A stretch of DNA of 64,000 nt from positions 959 to 64,958 of the forward strand of contig JAGLOF010000016.1 of NCBI GenBank assembly GCA_023139105.1. Reading direction: 5' to 3'. How positions within the stretch are numbered: the first letter of the stretch is position 1; the number at the start of each line of letters is the position of its first letter. Below, piece after piece: positions 1 through 8,149 of this stretch. This stretch comes from a bacterium (lineage in GTDB: Bacteria > Zhuqueibacterota > QNDG01 > JAGLOF01). The translations under genes and the position numbers were made by a program. Below the pieces are notes generated by a model, which was not told the origin of the DNA, ran no database searches, and saw nothing but the letters and a program-made list of their open reading frames with translations.

Positions 1-92
1 TGAGTGGCAACGATTAATGCTTCTTGAGCCTCTTCAATCCAATAATCACGAACAACTTGAAAATCAAAAATATTTATATTTTTATTTGGCAT
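1..92 (-). CDS. HEPN-like domain protein, partial (start near 92, runs off the left edge)
   Basis: Minus-strand reading from ATG at 90-92: MPNKNINIFDFQVVRDYWIEEAQEALIVAT..., resembling the N-terminus of HEPN proteins (YW..A.EAL.VA). Confidence 0.4.
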   Translation of the reverse strand, partial: MPNKNINIFDFQVVRDYWIEEAQEALIVAT

Positions 93-148
93 AGAGCCTT
101 TAAATCCTTTAATGCAGATTTCTTCCATTCAATTCTATAAATAGCCAT
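74..148 (-). pseudogene. N-terminal fragment of a RelE/ParE-type toxin
   Basis: Minus-strand MAIYRIEWKKSALKDLKAL(CQIKI*) matches a typical RelE N-terminus but stops after about 24 aa, running into the HEPN-like ORF start. Confidence 0.5.
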
Positions 149-329
149 TTTTTTTCAATTGTTTAATTACATCATCATGCGAAATCGTATCCTCGTCTCT
201 TCACTCAGCAACTATAGCCAGATCATGTAAATCTTCCAACAAGTGATCATATACACCAATAGGTAAGATTACAGACCGTCTATTACCTTTGTCGTCTGTA
301 ATATAATTCATTTGTTTAACGCTAGACAT
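135..329 (-). pseudogene. RelB/YefM-like antitoxin remnant with an in-frame stop
   Basis: MSSVKQMNYITDDKGNRRSVILPIGVYDHLLEDLHDLAIVAE*RDEDTISHDDVIKQLKKNGYL*; internal TGA; ends overlapping the RelE fragment start as in TA operons. Confidence 0.5.
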
Positions 330-355
330 ATCTTGCTCCTGTCTGGTTTCACTTC

Positions 356-589
356 CTACAAAATCACATACGATCTCATACCATTTTTTAAAAGTATATT
401 AAATATAATGTAAACTGTACAATGGCTAATTTTTTTATAGCTCTGAGCGGCATCGGCTTCAACAGCATTTGCCCCGATAGATGTCGCGGAGCGTAAAAGC
501 TGTTTAGACATAACAAATTCTTTCTTATGGTAAATCAGATATTTATATGTTTCAATAACCTTTAAGGAAAAATCAAAAGTCTTTTCCAA
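356..589 (-). pseudogene. Four helix bundle protein (S23/23S IVP-like), C-terminally truncated
   Basis: MEKTFDFSLKVIETYKYLI...SKQLLRSATSIGANAVEADAAQS matches the four-helix-bundle family signature; the remainder does not continue as that family. Confidence 0.6.
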
Positions 590-629
590 TATTATATTTT
601 ACTTTTCATCATTCATCATTCATCATTCA

Positions 630-827
630 TTATTCATTATTCCTAACCTGCATTGCTGCTTTGCTGACACCTTCAACAGATAAATTTTGAAATAAAGTTC
701 TCTGCCATTTGGTATAATCAAATGGTTCTTTTAATAAAAGAGATATAAATTTTTCAGCATCCACACTACCCAACTCTCTGGAAAGTGCATCTAAACCTTT
801 TATTTTAATTTCCATCTCAGTTAACAT
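630..827 (-). CDS. Small hypothetical protein (possible antitoxin-like partner of the PIN fragment)
   Basis: 65 aa ORF immediately downstream of the PIN-domain fragment; part of it is duplicated near 2212-2335. Confidence 0.35.
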   Translation of the reverse strand: MLTEMEIKIKGLDALSRELGSVDAEKFISLLLKEPFDYTKWQRTLFQNLSVEGVSKAAMQVRNNE

Positions 828-830
828 TGA

Positions 831-962
831 TCAACCCTCAATTTCATCGTTAAAGATTTTTTCTTGTATATATAACTTTGCTTCCGTTTCAATACGAATC
901 CTGATCTGTCGTTGATCATCAAAAGGTCTATTTAAACAACCATTATCCAAATAAATTCTCAT
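831..962 (-). pseudogene. PIN-domain toxin, N-terminal fragment
   Basis: MRIYLDNGCLNRPFDDQRQIRIRIETEAKLYIQEKIFNDEIEG*; (M)RIYLDN.CLNRPFDDQ.Q.RI..E matches the N-terminus of PIN-domain proteins; only 43 aa remain. Confidence 0.5.
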
Positions 963-1022
963 GTACTCTTTCCAATAGAAGTCACTGATTATTTAATAAA
1001 TAAAGTCTGATTCAGCATAGGA

Positions 1023-1277
1023 TTAATCCTCTATTTCAGAAAACTCATCAACAGGCATCAAAATTGACTTTTTGGGTTGACGCGTTGATCCTTGCAAAGC
1101 CAAGAAATCATTCTCAATTTTTTTTAATACTTTGCTTTGAAAGTATTGCTCTCCGCAATAGTCACACTCTTCGCAAGGAACATCATTGACCAATAAAAAG
1201 TGATTATCATGTTTATAGATGTATTGCGTCTTTTTTTCACTGATATTTTTATTACCGCAAAAACTACAGACTTTCAT
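1023..1277 (-). CDS. YgiT/MqsA-type zinc finger antitoxin-like protein
   Basis: Two CxxC motifs (CSFCG...CEECDYCGEQYF) typical of YgiT-type zinc finger domain; overlaps the DUF4258 gene by 4 nt. Confidence 0.75.
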   Translation of the reverse strand: MKVCSFCGNKNISEKKTQYIYKHDNHFLLVNDVPCEECDYCGEQYFQSKVLKKIENDFLALQGSTRQPKKSILMPVDEFSEIED

Positions 1278-1621
1278 TGTTCACCTCTTTCATATATATT
1301 TTTAAACTTGGGAGGTGTGGGTATATAGACGGTAATAATCACGAGGCAATTATCTCTTACTCCGCATACAACATGAACTGGCACGCCGCTTTCAGTAAAA
1401 CCGCCAAGTAAACAACTTATCCCCCTGCCAGTATCTTCATAAGACTCAATAATCCTGCCGTTTACTATCGCCTCTTCAATATCTGTAATATACAGATTAT
1501 CATTTTGTCTTTCAAGGTCGCCATGCTTTGAAAACCAATAATCGTTGTCCCTGACACAATTTTTGATCCAGTCAATGTCTAAAGTCCTGTCCATAAAATC
1601 CTTCAAAAAACGACAGATCAA
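1274..1621 (-). CDS. DUF4258 domain-containing putative toxin
   Basis: RHGDLERQND.LYITDIEEAIVNGRIIESYEDTGRGISCLLGG...VHVVCGV...LVIITVYIP matches the DUF4258 pattern paired with YgiT/MqsA-like antitoxin. Confidence 0.7.
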   Translation of the reverse strand: MICRFLKDFMDRTLDIDWIKNCVRDNDYWFSKHGDLERQNDNLYITDIEEAIVNGRIIESYEDTGRGISCLLGGFTESGVPVHVVCGVRDNCLVIITVYIPTPPKFKNIYERGEQ

Positions 1622-1905
1622 TAAAGATCAATGAAAAGGTAAGTGTGTCCATATTTTTCTATAATACTATTATTGACAAGTGAGGCAAGTGCCTTTTGAG
1701 TAGTAGAAACCGCTGAAAGGCGGAATCTGCGAGCATATTGATTCGAAAAAATATTTTGCCCGCTAATTGCCAACACTTATAAATAAATTTCTGATAAGCA
1801 GTCTAACGATCAAACAATTCAAAATGGATAATTAAACACCCCCAACACAAACATCAAGCACCTTCAAAAATTATTCATCATTCATCATTCATCATTCATT
1901 ATAAA

Positions 1906-2118
1906 TTATGCAAAAACCAATCGCTTACCACGCGGTTCCGGAACCATATCTCCATAGGCGATTGCAGTATCAATCAATAACCGAATAGCCTCTTCAATAT
2001 TTTTCAGCGCGGTTTCATATGAATCTCCATGGGCACAGCATCCCGGCAGCTCCGGAACCTCTGCAATAAAGAGATTGTCCTCTTCACTCCAATAGATGAT
2101 AATCTCATATTTCCCCAT
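1906..2118 (-). CDS. HicB family antitoxin-like protein
   Basis: YEIIIYWSEEDNLFIAEVPELPGCCAHGDSYETALKNIEEAIRLLI: canonical HicB partial RNase H-like fold motif. Confidence 0.8.
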   Translation of the reverse strand: MGKYEIIIYWSEEDNLFIAEVPELPGCCAHGDSYETALKNIEEAIRLLIDTAIAYGDMVPEPRGKRLVFA

Positions 2119-2211
2119 AAGTTTTCATATCCCGGATGTAAAGTTGAGTAGGGAGCTGGCTCATCGCACCTTCTTTGTATGACTGTTAATGGCTTTTGAA
2201 CGTTTTACTCC

Positions 2212-2335
2212 GGTTCTTTTAATAAAAGAGATATAAATTTTTCAGCATCCACACTACCCAACTCTCTGGAAAGTGCATTTAAACCTTTTATTTTTATTTC
2301 CATCTCAGTTAACATTGATCAATCCTCAATTTCAT
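2212..2335. repeat. Partial duplication of the 724-847 segment (small ORF / PIN fragment region)
   Basis: ggttcttttaataaaagagatataaatttttcagcatccacactacccaactctctggaaagtgcat.taaaccttttatttt.atttccatctcagttaacattgatcaa.cctcaatttcat occurs at both sites with about 3 mismatches. Confidence 0.9.
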
Positions 2336-2353
2336 TAATAAATGCAACCGGAT

Positions 2354-2470
2354 TCAATATAATAATTTTTTACCAATTTCATCATAGGTGGTGCCATCTG
2401 CCATACAACCAGGTAATTCCGGCACTTCTACAACAAAAAATTTATCCTCATCACTCCAATAAATAATCAT
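2354..2470 (-). pseudogene. HicB-like fragment (second copy)
   Basis: MIIYWSDEDKFFVVEVPELPGCMADGTTYDEIGKKLLY*; matches the 1906-2118 HicB N-terminus then stops. Confidence 0.7.
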
Positions 2471-2495
2471 TTCATAGCGAGTATTAATCACAAAT

Positions 2496-2807
2496 TTAAT
2501 GACATCTCTTAAAAATCACCTGCCCCTCATCATCAATATGCTTTCTCAGGGCCTTATTCTTTATTTCATGATAGATCAGCACATCAACACAATAGGGGAC
2601 TGGTCCCTTCTCATTCATCAGGATAGAAACAGTACGTGCATCATTAAGGGTCAATTTTTTTCCAAATAAAGCCAAATCAATATCAGAACCCTTCCTGGCA
2701 TTTCCCATAGCCCGCGACCCAAAAAGAACTACTTTTTCAACGGCCTGCTGTGCATGCATGACTGACATCATATAATTATAGCTCTTAGCTGAGATTCCAT
2801 ATTCCAT
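2496..2807 (-). CDS. MNT-type nucleotidyltransferase (module 1)
   Basis: VVLFGSRAMGNARKGSDIDLALFG, GSx10DxD nucleotidyltransferase motif. Confidence 0.85.
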   Translation of the reverse strand: MEYGISAKSYNYMMSVMHAQQAVEKVVLFGSRAMGNARKGSDIDLALFGKKLTLNDARTVSILMNEKGPVPYCVDVLIYHEIKNKALRKHIDDEGQVIFKRCH

Positions 2808-3208
2808 TATTGCATCTTCAACAATTGATTATATAGCACCTTCAGCAATGGGAAATAAGTAGTACGGATATCACTCTCAACTCGCAACATGATAGCTTCA
2901 TCGTATACATGGACAGTCAAATTTCTGTCATTGAGCGCTTCCAGCCAATTTTCACCGTCCTCAATCAAATCAATTTGAAAGGCCTGCTTGATTACGTCCC
3001 GGGGCGTTTTCACAAGAAACCCCTCTGATTCCAGGTAATCTTTCAAAGTTTTCCAACCCAATTCAAAGGTAATTTCATAGAATTGTATTAACCCGCCCCG
3101 CTCAGCCTCCGAGGGCTCTGCAATGGACATAGTTCTTTCCAATAAATGGAAAGATTTCTTAAAATTCTCAAATCGCTGTTTCCAACGGATAATCTTAAAA
3201 TTGTCCAT
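2807..3208 (-). CDS. Nucleotidyltransferase substrate-binding protein, HI0074 family (HEPN-like)
   Basis: RWKQRFENFKKSFHLLE...AERGGLIQFYEITFELGWKTLKDYLESEG...TPRDVIKQAF matches the HI0074 family; abuts its MNT partner. Start refined to MDNFKII. Confidence 0.85.
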   Translation of the reverse strand: MDNFKIIRWKQRFENFKKSFHLLERTMSIAEPSEAERGGLIQFYEITFELGWKTLKDYLESEGFLVKTPRDVIKQAFQIDLIEDGENWLEALNDRNLTVHVYDEAIMLRVESDIRTTYFPLLKVLYNQLLKMQ

Positions 3209-3288
3209 GATAGTCCAGGAGCAAATGAAAAGTTTATACACAAAAAGTAACGATTTAGCATCTTTTACAGGACGGACTCTTTACCCTT

Positions 3289-3732
3289 CTAAACATACAA
3301 AGTATAAATAACTGAATAATATTCCTCAAGATCCTTCAGGTGTTTCTCCATAATACTCTTCAGAATATCCAGATCAATTTGCTGATAATCATGTACCGCG
3401 ATATTCCGAAACCCAACCATGCTCGACATCTTATTAAAAATCTCTTTCTCAATCAAACCATTGGTGTGCAGAACATGAAAACATTCCCTGTAAGTAGCAG
3501 GCAACTTCAAACCACGTTCACTGATTACAATATTGGCCATGTCAATTGCCGCTTGAATAGCCCGCTGAAGATTGAGAACAAAAACATCCTGTATCATTAC
3601 ATCATCAAGGCTGGACACATTGAGAGCAGTAACCTTGTGAATAGTGTTCAGACAGTTTTTTATAATAGAAATTTTGGAGAGAATCACATCTTTTTCAAGC
3701 ATAAATCCGCCCATTAAGCATATGCTCTTCAA
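3289..3732 (-). CDS. hepT: HepT-like HEPN ribonuclease/toxin (DUF86), module 2
   Basis: GFRNIAVHDYQQID: HEPN Rx4HxY motif; overlaps the upstream MNT gene. Confidence 0.85.
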   Translation of the reverse strand: MKSICLMGGFMLEKDVILSKISIIKNCLNTIHKVTALNVSSLDDVMIQDVFVLNLQRAIQAAIDMANIVISERGLKLPATYRECFHVLHTNGLIEKEIFNKMSSMVGFRNIAVHDYQQIDLDILKSIMEKHLKDLEEYYSVIYTLYV

Positions 3733-4108
3733 TAATTTTTCGGCTTATCTTAAAATCAATGTATTGAGTGATTATACCTGCCTTATAACTGATAAAAACT
3801 ACCGGATCGTTGTTCACTAAAAGGCGACCATTGGCCAGGGCTTGCATGGAAATGATCAAATCCGCATCATTCAGGAACACAATGTCACATTCATAGGGCG
3901 ATACATCCCAAAACGAACGACGAAAGGCCATTTTATCATCCCATGAAGGGGGCTGAGAAAGATAGACGGCCAGATCAATATCGCTCTCGGCATTGAAACT
4001 ATTGCCAAGAATAGAGCCAAAGGCCAAGGCAAACACGGTCCTAGCTTCAAGAATAGGCGTGACGATTGAGAGAATATGTGATTGATTTTGAGTCATTAAA
4101 ATAAACAA
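3695..4108 (-). CDS. mntA: MntA-like MNT nucleotidyltransferase, module 2
   Basis: ALAFGSILGNSFNAESDIDLAVYLS (GSx10DxD); paired with the HepT-like gene. Confidence 0.85.
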   Translation of the reverse strand: MFILMTQNQSHILSIVTPILEARTVFALAFGSILGNSFNAESDIDLAVYLSQPPSWDDKMAFRRSFWDVSPYECDIVFLNDADLIISMQALANGRLLVNNDPVVFISYKAGIITQYIDFKISRKIIEEHMLNGRIYA

Positions 4109-4305
4109 CCTATAAATAGAACGGAAGACACTAAGAAATACAAGAACTATTTATTTATACTGGCTCTTCTCCGTGGTTCTCCGTGTGCTTAGTGGGCTAA
4201 TCTTTTAATCTCTTAGGAAATTGAAGAGCACCGCCCACGAGGACACTTAAAGACAATGAAAAATGAATATTGATTTATTGGACATATTGATTAAAATAGA
4301 AGCAT

Positions 4306-4503
4306 CTATTTCAACGTAGCTTCAATCTGTACTAAAAACTGTTCAACATCACTCAGATTCCGAATCATGGCCTGACATATTTGCTCATAATCGATTTTAT
4401 CGTAATCATATACCCATGACCGCCTTTCTCTGGGCCAGGAAATCAAATGCGCTATGACGTATAGATATCTCATATTGATGCCGCATCTCCAGGTCCGAAT
4501 CAC
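4306..4503 (-). pseudogene. Degraded HepT-like remnant, module 3
   Basis: ...VIAHLISWPRERRSWVYDYDKIDYEQICQAMIRNLSDVEQFLVQIEATL retains the HepT C-terminus but appears deleted between AHLIS and the HEPN motif, and the motif His is Tyr. Confidence 0.6.
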
Positions 4504-4885
4504 AGAGAATTACGCCTTCACAGACAATTGTGTCGGCCAGCACCAGGTTTTGCAGTGTATTCAGTATGATCACATCAACCTTGTTACACTTTAATGCACG
4601 CATGCAATCGGCAATTAATTGTAACCTGAATTCTAAATTGATACATACGCTATTCACGTAAAAAGCCAAATCTGTATCAGAGACCATTGATCTCTCACCG
4701 GTAACTGTGGAACCAAAACAATAGGCAAAAAGAATTTGGCCTTGATATTTTTTGAATACCGGCTGTAGTTGGATCTGAATTTTTTCGACATCAGAAGAAG
4801 GCATCAGCATAAATTCTAAAGTTAGAAAATTAAAAAACATAATCAAAGGCAGAGCCCAAGCAATGCTCTGCCAACTCAGTCCCAT
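4406..4885 (-). CDS. MntA-like nucleotidyltransferase, module 3 (possibly decaying)
   Basis: FAYCFGSTVTGERSMVSDTDLAFYVN (GSx10DxD); overlaps the degraded HepT-like frame. Confidence 0.65.
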   Translation of the reverse strand: MGLSWQSIAWALPLIMFFNFLTLEFMLMPSSDVEKIQIQLQPVFKKYQGQILFAYCFGSTVTGERSMVSDTDLAFYVNSVCINLEFRLQLIADCMRALKCNKVDVIILNTLQNLVLADTIVCEGVILCDSDLEMRHQYEISIRHSAFDFLAQRKAVMGI

Positions 4886-5102
4886 ATCCGGACCGTGCGG
4901 GAGAAAAATAATATTTGTATTGCCAAAGAGATGTGCATTACAAAGTGCTAAAAAAATAATCCACTAAATACACAGTGCTGAATTATTGGCGAATTTAAAA
5001 TCACATGATAATGGATTAGTGGGCTGTAAAAAGATAATAAATTATTCGGTAAAAATCAAGAGCGAATTCTGAATTAATTATATATAACACATCAGCCCAT
5101 TG

Positions 5103-5687
5103 TTATTTTAGATTGACAACAAGTTCATCCTTAAGATATTTCAAGCTACATTTCGGACATATAGCATCAGCACTATTTGAAAAATCCAACCTGGCACCAC
5201 ATTCACATACCCAGCCGACTATGCGTGCAGGATTACCAACTACCAGGGCGTAATCCGGCACATCTCTGATAACAGTGGAACCTGCACCAACAAAACAGTG
5301 CCTGCCAAGTGTATGTCCGCAAACAATGGTAGCATTGGCTCCAATAGAAGCACCTTCCTTGACCAGTGTGTCCAGGTAAAACTTAGAACCACGCTGTGGA
5401 TACTTACATCTGGGGTTCATAATATTTGTAAATACCATTGACGGGCCACAAAATACATAATCCTCAAGAGTGACACCTTCGTAGATTGAAACATTGTTCT
5501 GAATCTTGACATAATTACCGATGGCAACATTATTGGCAACGTTGACATTCTGACCAAGAGTGCAAACTTTACCAATTTTTGTACCGGACTGCACATGAGA
5601 AAAGTGCCAGATACCCGTGCCTTCGCCTATCTCTACATTATCATCCACATAAGCGGATTCGTGAACTCTATATTTTTTTTCACTCAT
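5103..5687 (-). CDS. wbpD: WbpD/WlbB-like UDP-sugar N-acetyltransferase (left-handed beta helix) with C-terminal zinc-ribbon-like CxC...CPKC
   Basis: Hexapeptide repeats: ESAYVDDNVEIGEGTGIWHFSHVQSG...GQNVNV...VFTNIMNPR...VKEGASIGANATIVCGHTLG; C-terminal WVCECGARLDF..ADAICPKCSLKY. Confidence 0.8.
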   Translation of the reverse strand: MSEKKYRVHESAYVDDNVEIGEGTGIWHFSHVQSGTKIGKVCTLGQNVNVANNVAIGNYVKIQNNVSIYEGVTLEDYVFCGPSMVFTNIMNPRCKYPQRGSKFYLDTLVKEGASIGANATIVCGHTLGRHCFVGAGSTVIRDVPDYALVVGNPARIVGWVCECGARLDFSNSADAICPKCSLKYLKDELVVNLK

Positions 5688-5917
5688 AACTAAACCTTTT
5701 ATTAAAGAAATGGCACACGGATGACACGGATTTGATAGATAAAAGCGGATTAAATATTATAACTCTAAAATAAAAAATTACGTTTATTCCATATTCTGCG
5801 TGTCACTACTATTACTTGAAATTTCATGCATGAAGAATATCCATGCTTTTATTAAAAAAGTTATATTTTTATCAGTGACTATCGCTCTCAATCCGTTCTT
5901 TCCGTGTGCCAATGGTT

Positions 5918-6871
5918 TTATAGCTCTTCTGACGCTTTTTCAAGAATCTCCAGCACATCAACGGCATTACGACTATTGGCAATTTCAATGGGCCGGCCGT
6001 CCAGATGCTCAACAAAATAACGCAACTCAGCAGTAAGCGGAGCGTCACCATGGTAGGGAATGACATCACTGGGGCCGTCGCGCTTTACTGGCGCGCCCTG
6101 AATCCAATCTATCCCCTTCTCATAGAATAACAGTTCCTTTTCTTTGGTGGAATCCTCAAAAGAAAGCATACCCTTGGAACCGATTATTACAAGACGCTGC
6201 TCCTTGAAAGGGTGCAGCCAGGAGACAAATATATGGCCGACTATATTATCGGGATACTCCAGAATAGTCATAGTGGAATCATGTATATGGGGTTGTACAA
6301 AAGCACCGCCACGACTGGTAACCGACATAGGTCTATCTTCAATTAAGTACTGAAATATGGCAATATCATGAGGTGCAAAACTCCAGAGAATATTCTCCTC
6401 AGTGCGTACAGTGCCCAGATTAAGGCGATTGGAATAAATATATTGAAGCTTCCCAATCTTCCCCGATCCCAAAAGTTCTTTAATCTTTAAAATAGCAGGA
6501 TGAAAAAGCAGCACATGACCCACCATAAGATTGACACCCTTTTCATCAGCCAAATTTTTCAGAGTATGGGCATCAGCAGCTGTAAGTGTAATGGGTTTCT
6601 CCACCATTACATGATGACCGGCGGTTATAATCTTAAAAGCAAGCTCAAAGTGCGTCTCTGCGGGCGTGGCTACGGTGTAGCCGTCAAAACCGTGCTTAAG
6701 AGCCTCATCCAAAGTCTCAAAGATGCGAAGATCAGGGTAGACCGACTGAAGCTCGGAACACGTGCGTGGATTGGCCTCAACCACACCGCCAAGAGCCTCT
6801 AGTCCGATCAATGTTTTTATATGATTTTTACCCCAACGACCAGCACCGACAACACATACTTTGTAATTCAT
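5918..6871 (-). CDS. wbpB: WbpB/WlbA-like Gfo/Idh/MocA UDP-GlcNAcA oxidase/dehydrogenase
   Basis: MNYKVCVVGAGRWGKNHIKTL...HVMVEKPIT...LLFHPAI...WSFAPHDIAIF; start refined from the ORF track. Confidence 0.75.
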   Translation of the reverse strand: MNYKVCVVGAGRWGKNHIKTLIGLEALGGVVEANPRTCSELQSVYPDLRIFETLDEALKHGFDGYTVATPAETHFELAFKIITAGHHVMVEKPITLTAADAHTLKNLADEKGVNLMVGHVLLFHPAILKIKELLGSGKIGKLQYIYSNRLNLGTVRTEENILWSFAPHDIAIFQYLIEDRPMSVTSRGGAFVQPHIHDSTMTILEYPDNIVGHIFVSWLHPFKEQRLVIIGSKGMLSFEDSTKEKELLFYEKGIDWIQGAPVKRDGPSDVIPYHGDAPLTAELRYFVEHLDGRPIEIANSRNAVDVLEILEKASEEL

Positions 6872-7012
6872 AGGATTTCCTTTTAACGAAACAAAGAGCA
6901 ATCGCACACTGATGACACGGATTAAATGGATGACCACAGTCTAATTAATTATAAAAAATCCGCTTTGATCCGTTAAATCCGTGGTATCCGTGTTCCATTG
7001 CCTTTAATATTT

Positions 7013-8149
7013 TTATCTATAGAACTCACCTATCTTCTGAATAATATAATCCTGCATCTCTGTGGTGAGTTCAGGATAAATAGGCAGAGCAATGGTGCTG
7101 TTGGCAGCTTTTTCTGATTCGGGAAAGTCACCCACTTCATAACCCAGATATTTAAAACATTCCTGTTCATGGAAGGATACAGGATAGTAAACCTCACAGC
7201 CTATACCCGCATCGTTGAGATAGCGGCGAAGATCATCACGATTACCAGGTACTTTGACAATATACTGATTATAAATATGTGATTCACGATTGTAAGCTAT
7301 GTGGGGTTTTAAAAGACCCTCAACATTGAGATGTTCATCGTAGTATGCGGCATTCTGCTGACGTCCCTTGTGCCAGTCATCCAGATGCGGAAGTTTGACA
7401 AGTAAAATAGCAGCCTGCATGGCATCTAACCTGAAGTTACCGCCTACCATTTGATGATAATATTTTGGATGAGCACCATGATTCCGCAATTTTTGAATTT
7501 TATCTGCAAAGGCCTTATCATTGGTCACCACCATACCGCCATCACCCATACAGCCAAGGTTTTTGGATGGAAAGAAGCTGAAACATCCGGCAAGCCCCAT
7601 AGAGCCTGCACGTTTCTCACCGGCTTTGGAAGGATAACGAGACCCAATTGCCTGGGCAGCATCTTCTATAACAGGGATATTATGGCTATCTGCAATCGCC
7701 AAGATGGCATCCATATCAGCACACTGACCGTAGAGATGAACTGGTATTATCGCCTTAACCTTGCTGATCTTATCCTGATTATCATTAAACCAGGCTGAAA
7801 GTTTGGTCGGATCAAGATTATAAGTTAACGGATCAATTCCTACAAAAACAGGTGTAGCACAGAGTCTTGAGATGACACCTGCAGTGGCAAAAAATGAATA
7901 CGGTGTGGTAATAACAATATCACCGTGACCAACACCTATACCCATGAGCGATACAAGAAGAGCATCTGTGCCGCTGGTAACACCAATAGCATATGCAGCA
8001 CCGCAATAATCGGCGACAGCCTCTTCAAGAGCAGTTATTTTAGGGCCGCCAATATATCGCGTTGAATCAATAACATCATTAACAGCAGCCTTAATCTCAT
8101 CACGCAAAGGATCAAGCTGTGCATTTAAATCAAGCAAAGGAACATTCAT
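7013..8149 (-). CDS. wbpE: WbpE/DegT/DnrJ/EryC1-family PLP sugar aminotransferase
   Basis: MNVPLLDLNAQ...GVTSGTDALL...VIPVHLYGQCADMD...VIEDAAQAIG...GCFSFFPSKNLGCMGDGG; start refined. Confidence 0.85.
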   Translation of the reverse strand: MNVPLLDLNAQLDPLRDEIKAAVNDVIDSTRYIGGPKITALEEAVADYCGAAYAIGVTSGTDALLVSLMGIGVGHGDIVITTPYSFFATAGVISRLCATPVFVGIDPLTYNLDPTKLSAWFNDNQDKISKVKAIIPVHLYGQCADMDAILAIADSHNIPVIEDAAQAIGSRYPSKAGEKRAGSMGLAGCFSFFPSKNLGCMGDGGMVVTNDKAFADKIQKLRNHGAHPKYYHQMVGGNFRLDAMQAAILLVKLPHLDDWHKGRQQNAAYYDEHLNVEGLLKPHIAYNRESHIYNQYIVKVPGNRDDLRRYLNDAGIGCEVYYPVSFHEQECFKYLGYEVGDFPESEKAANSTIALPIYPELTTEMQDYIIQKIGEFYR

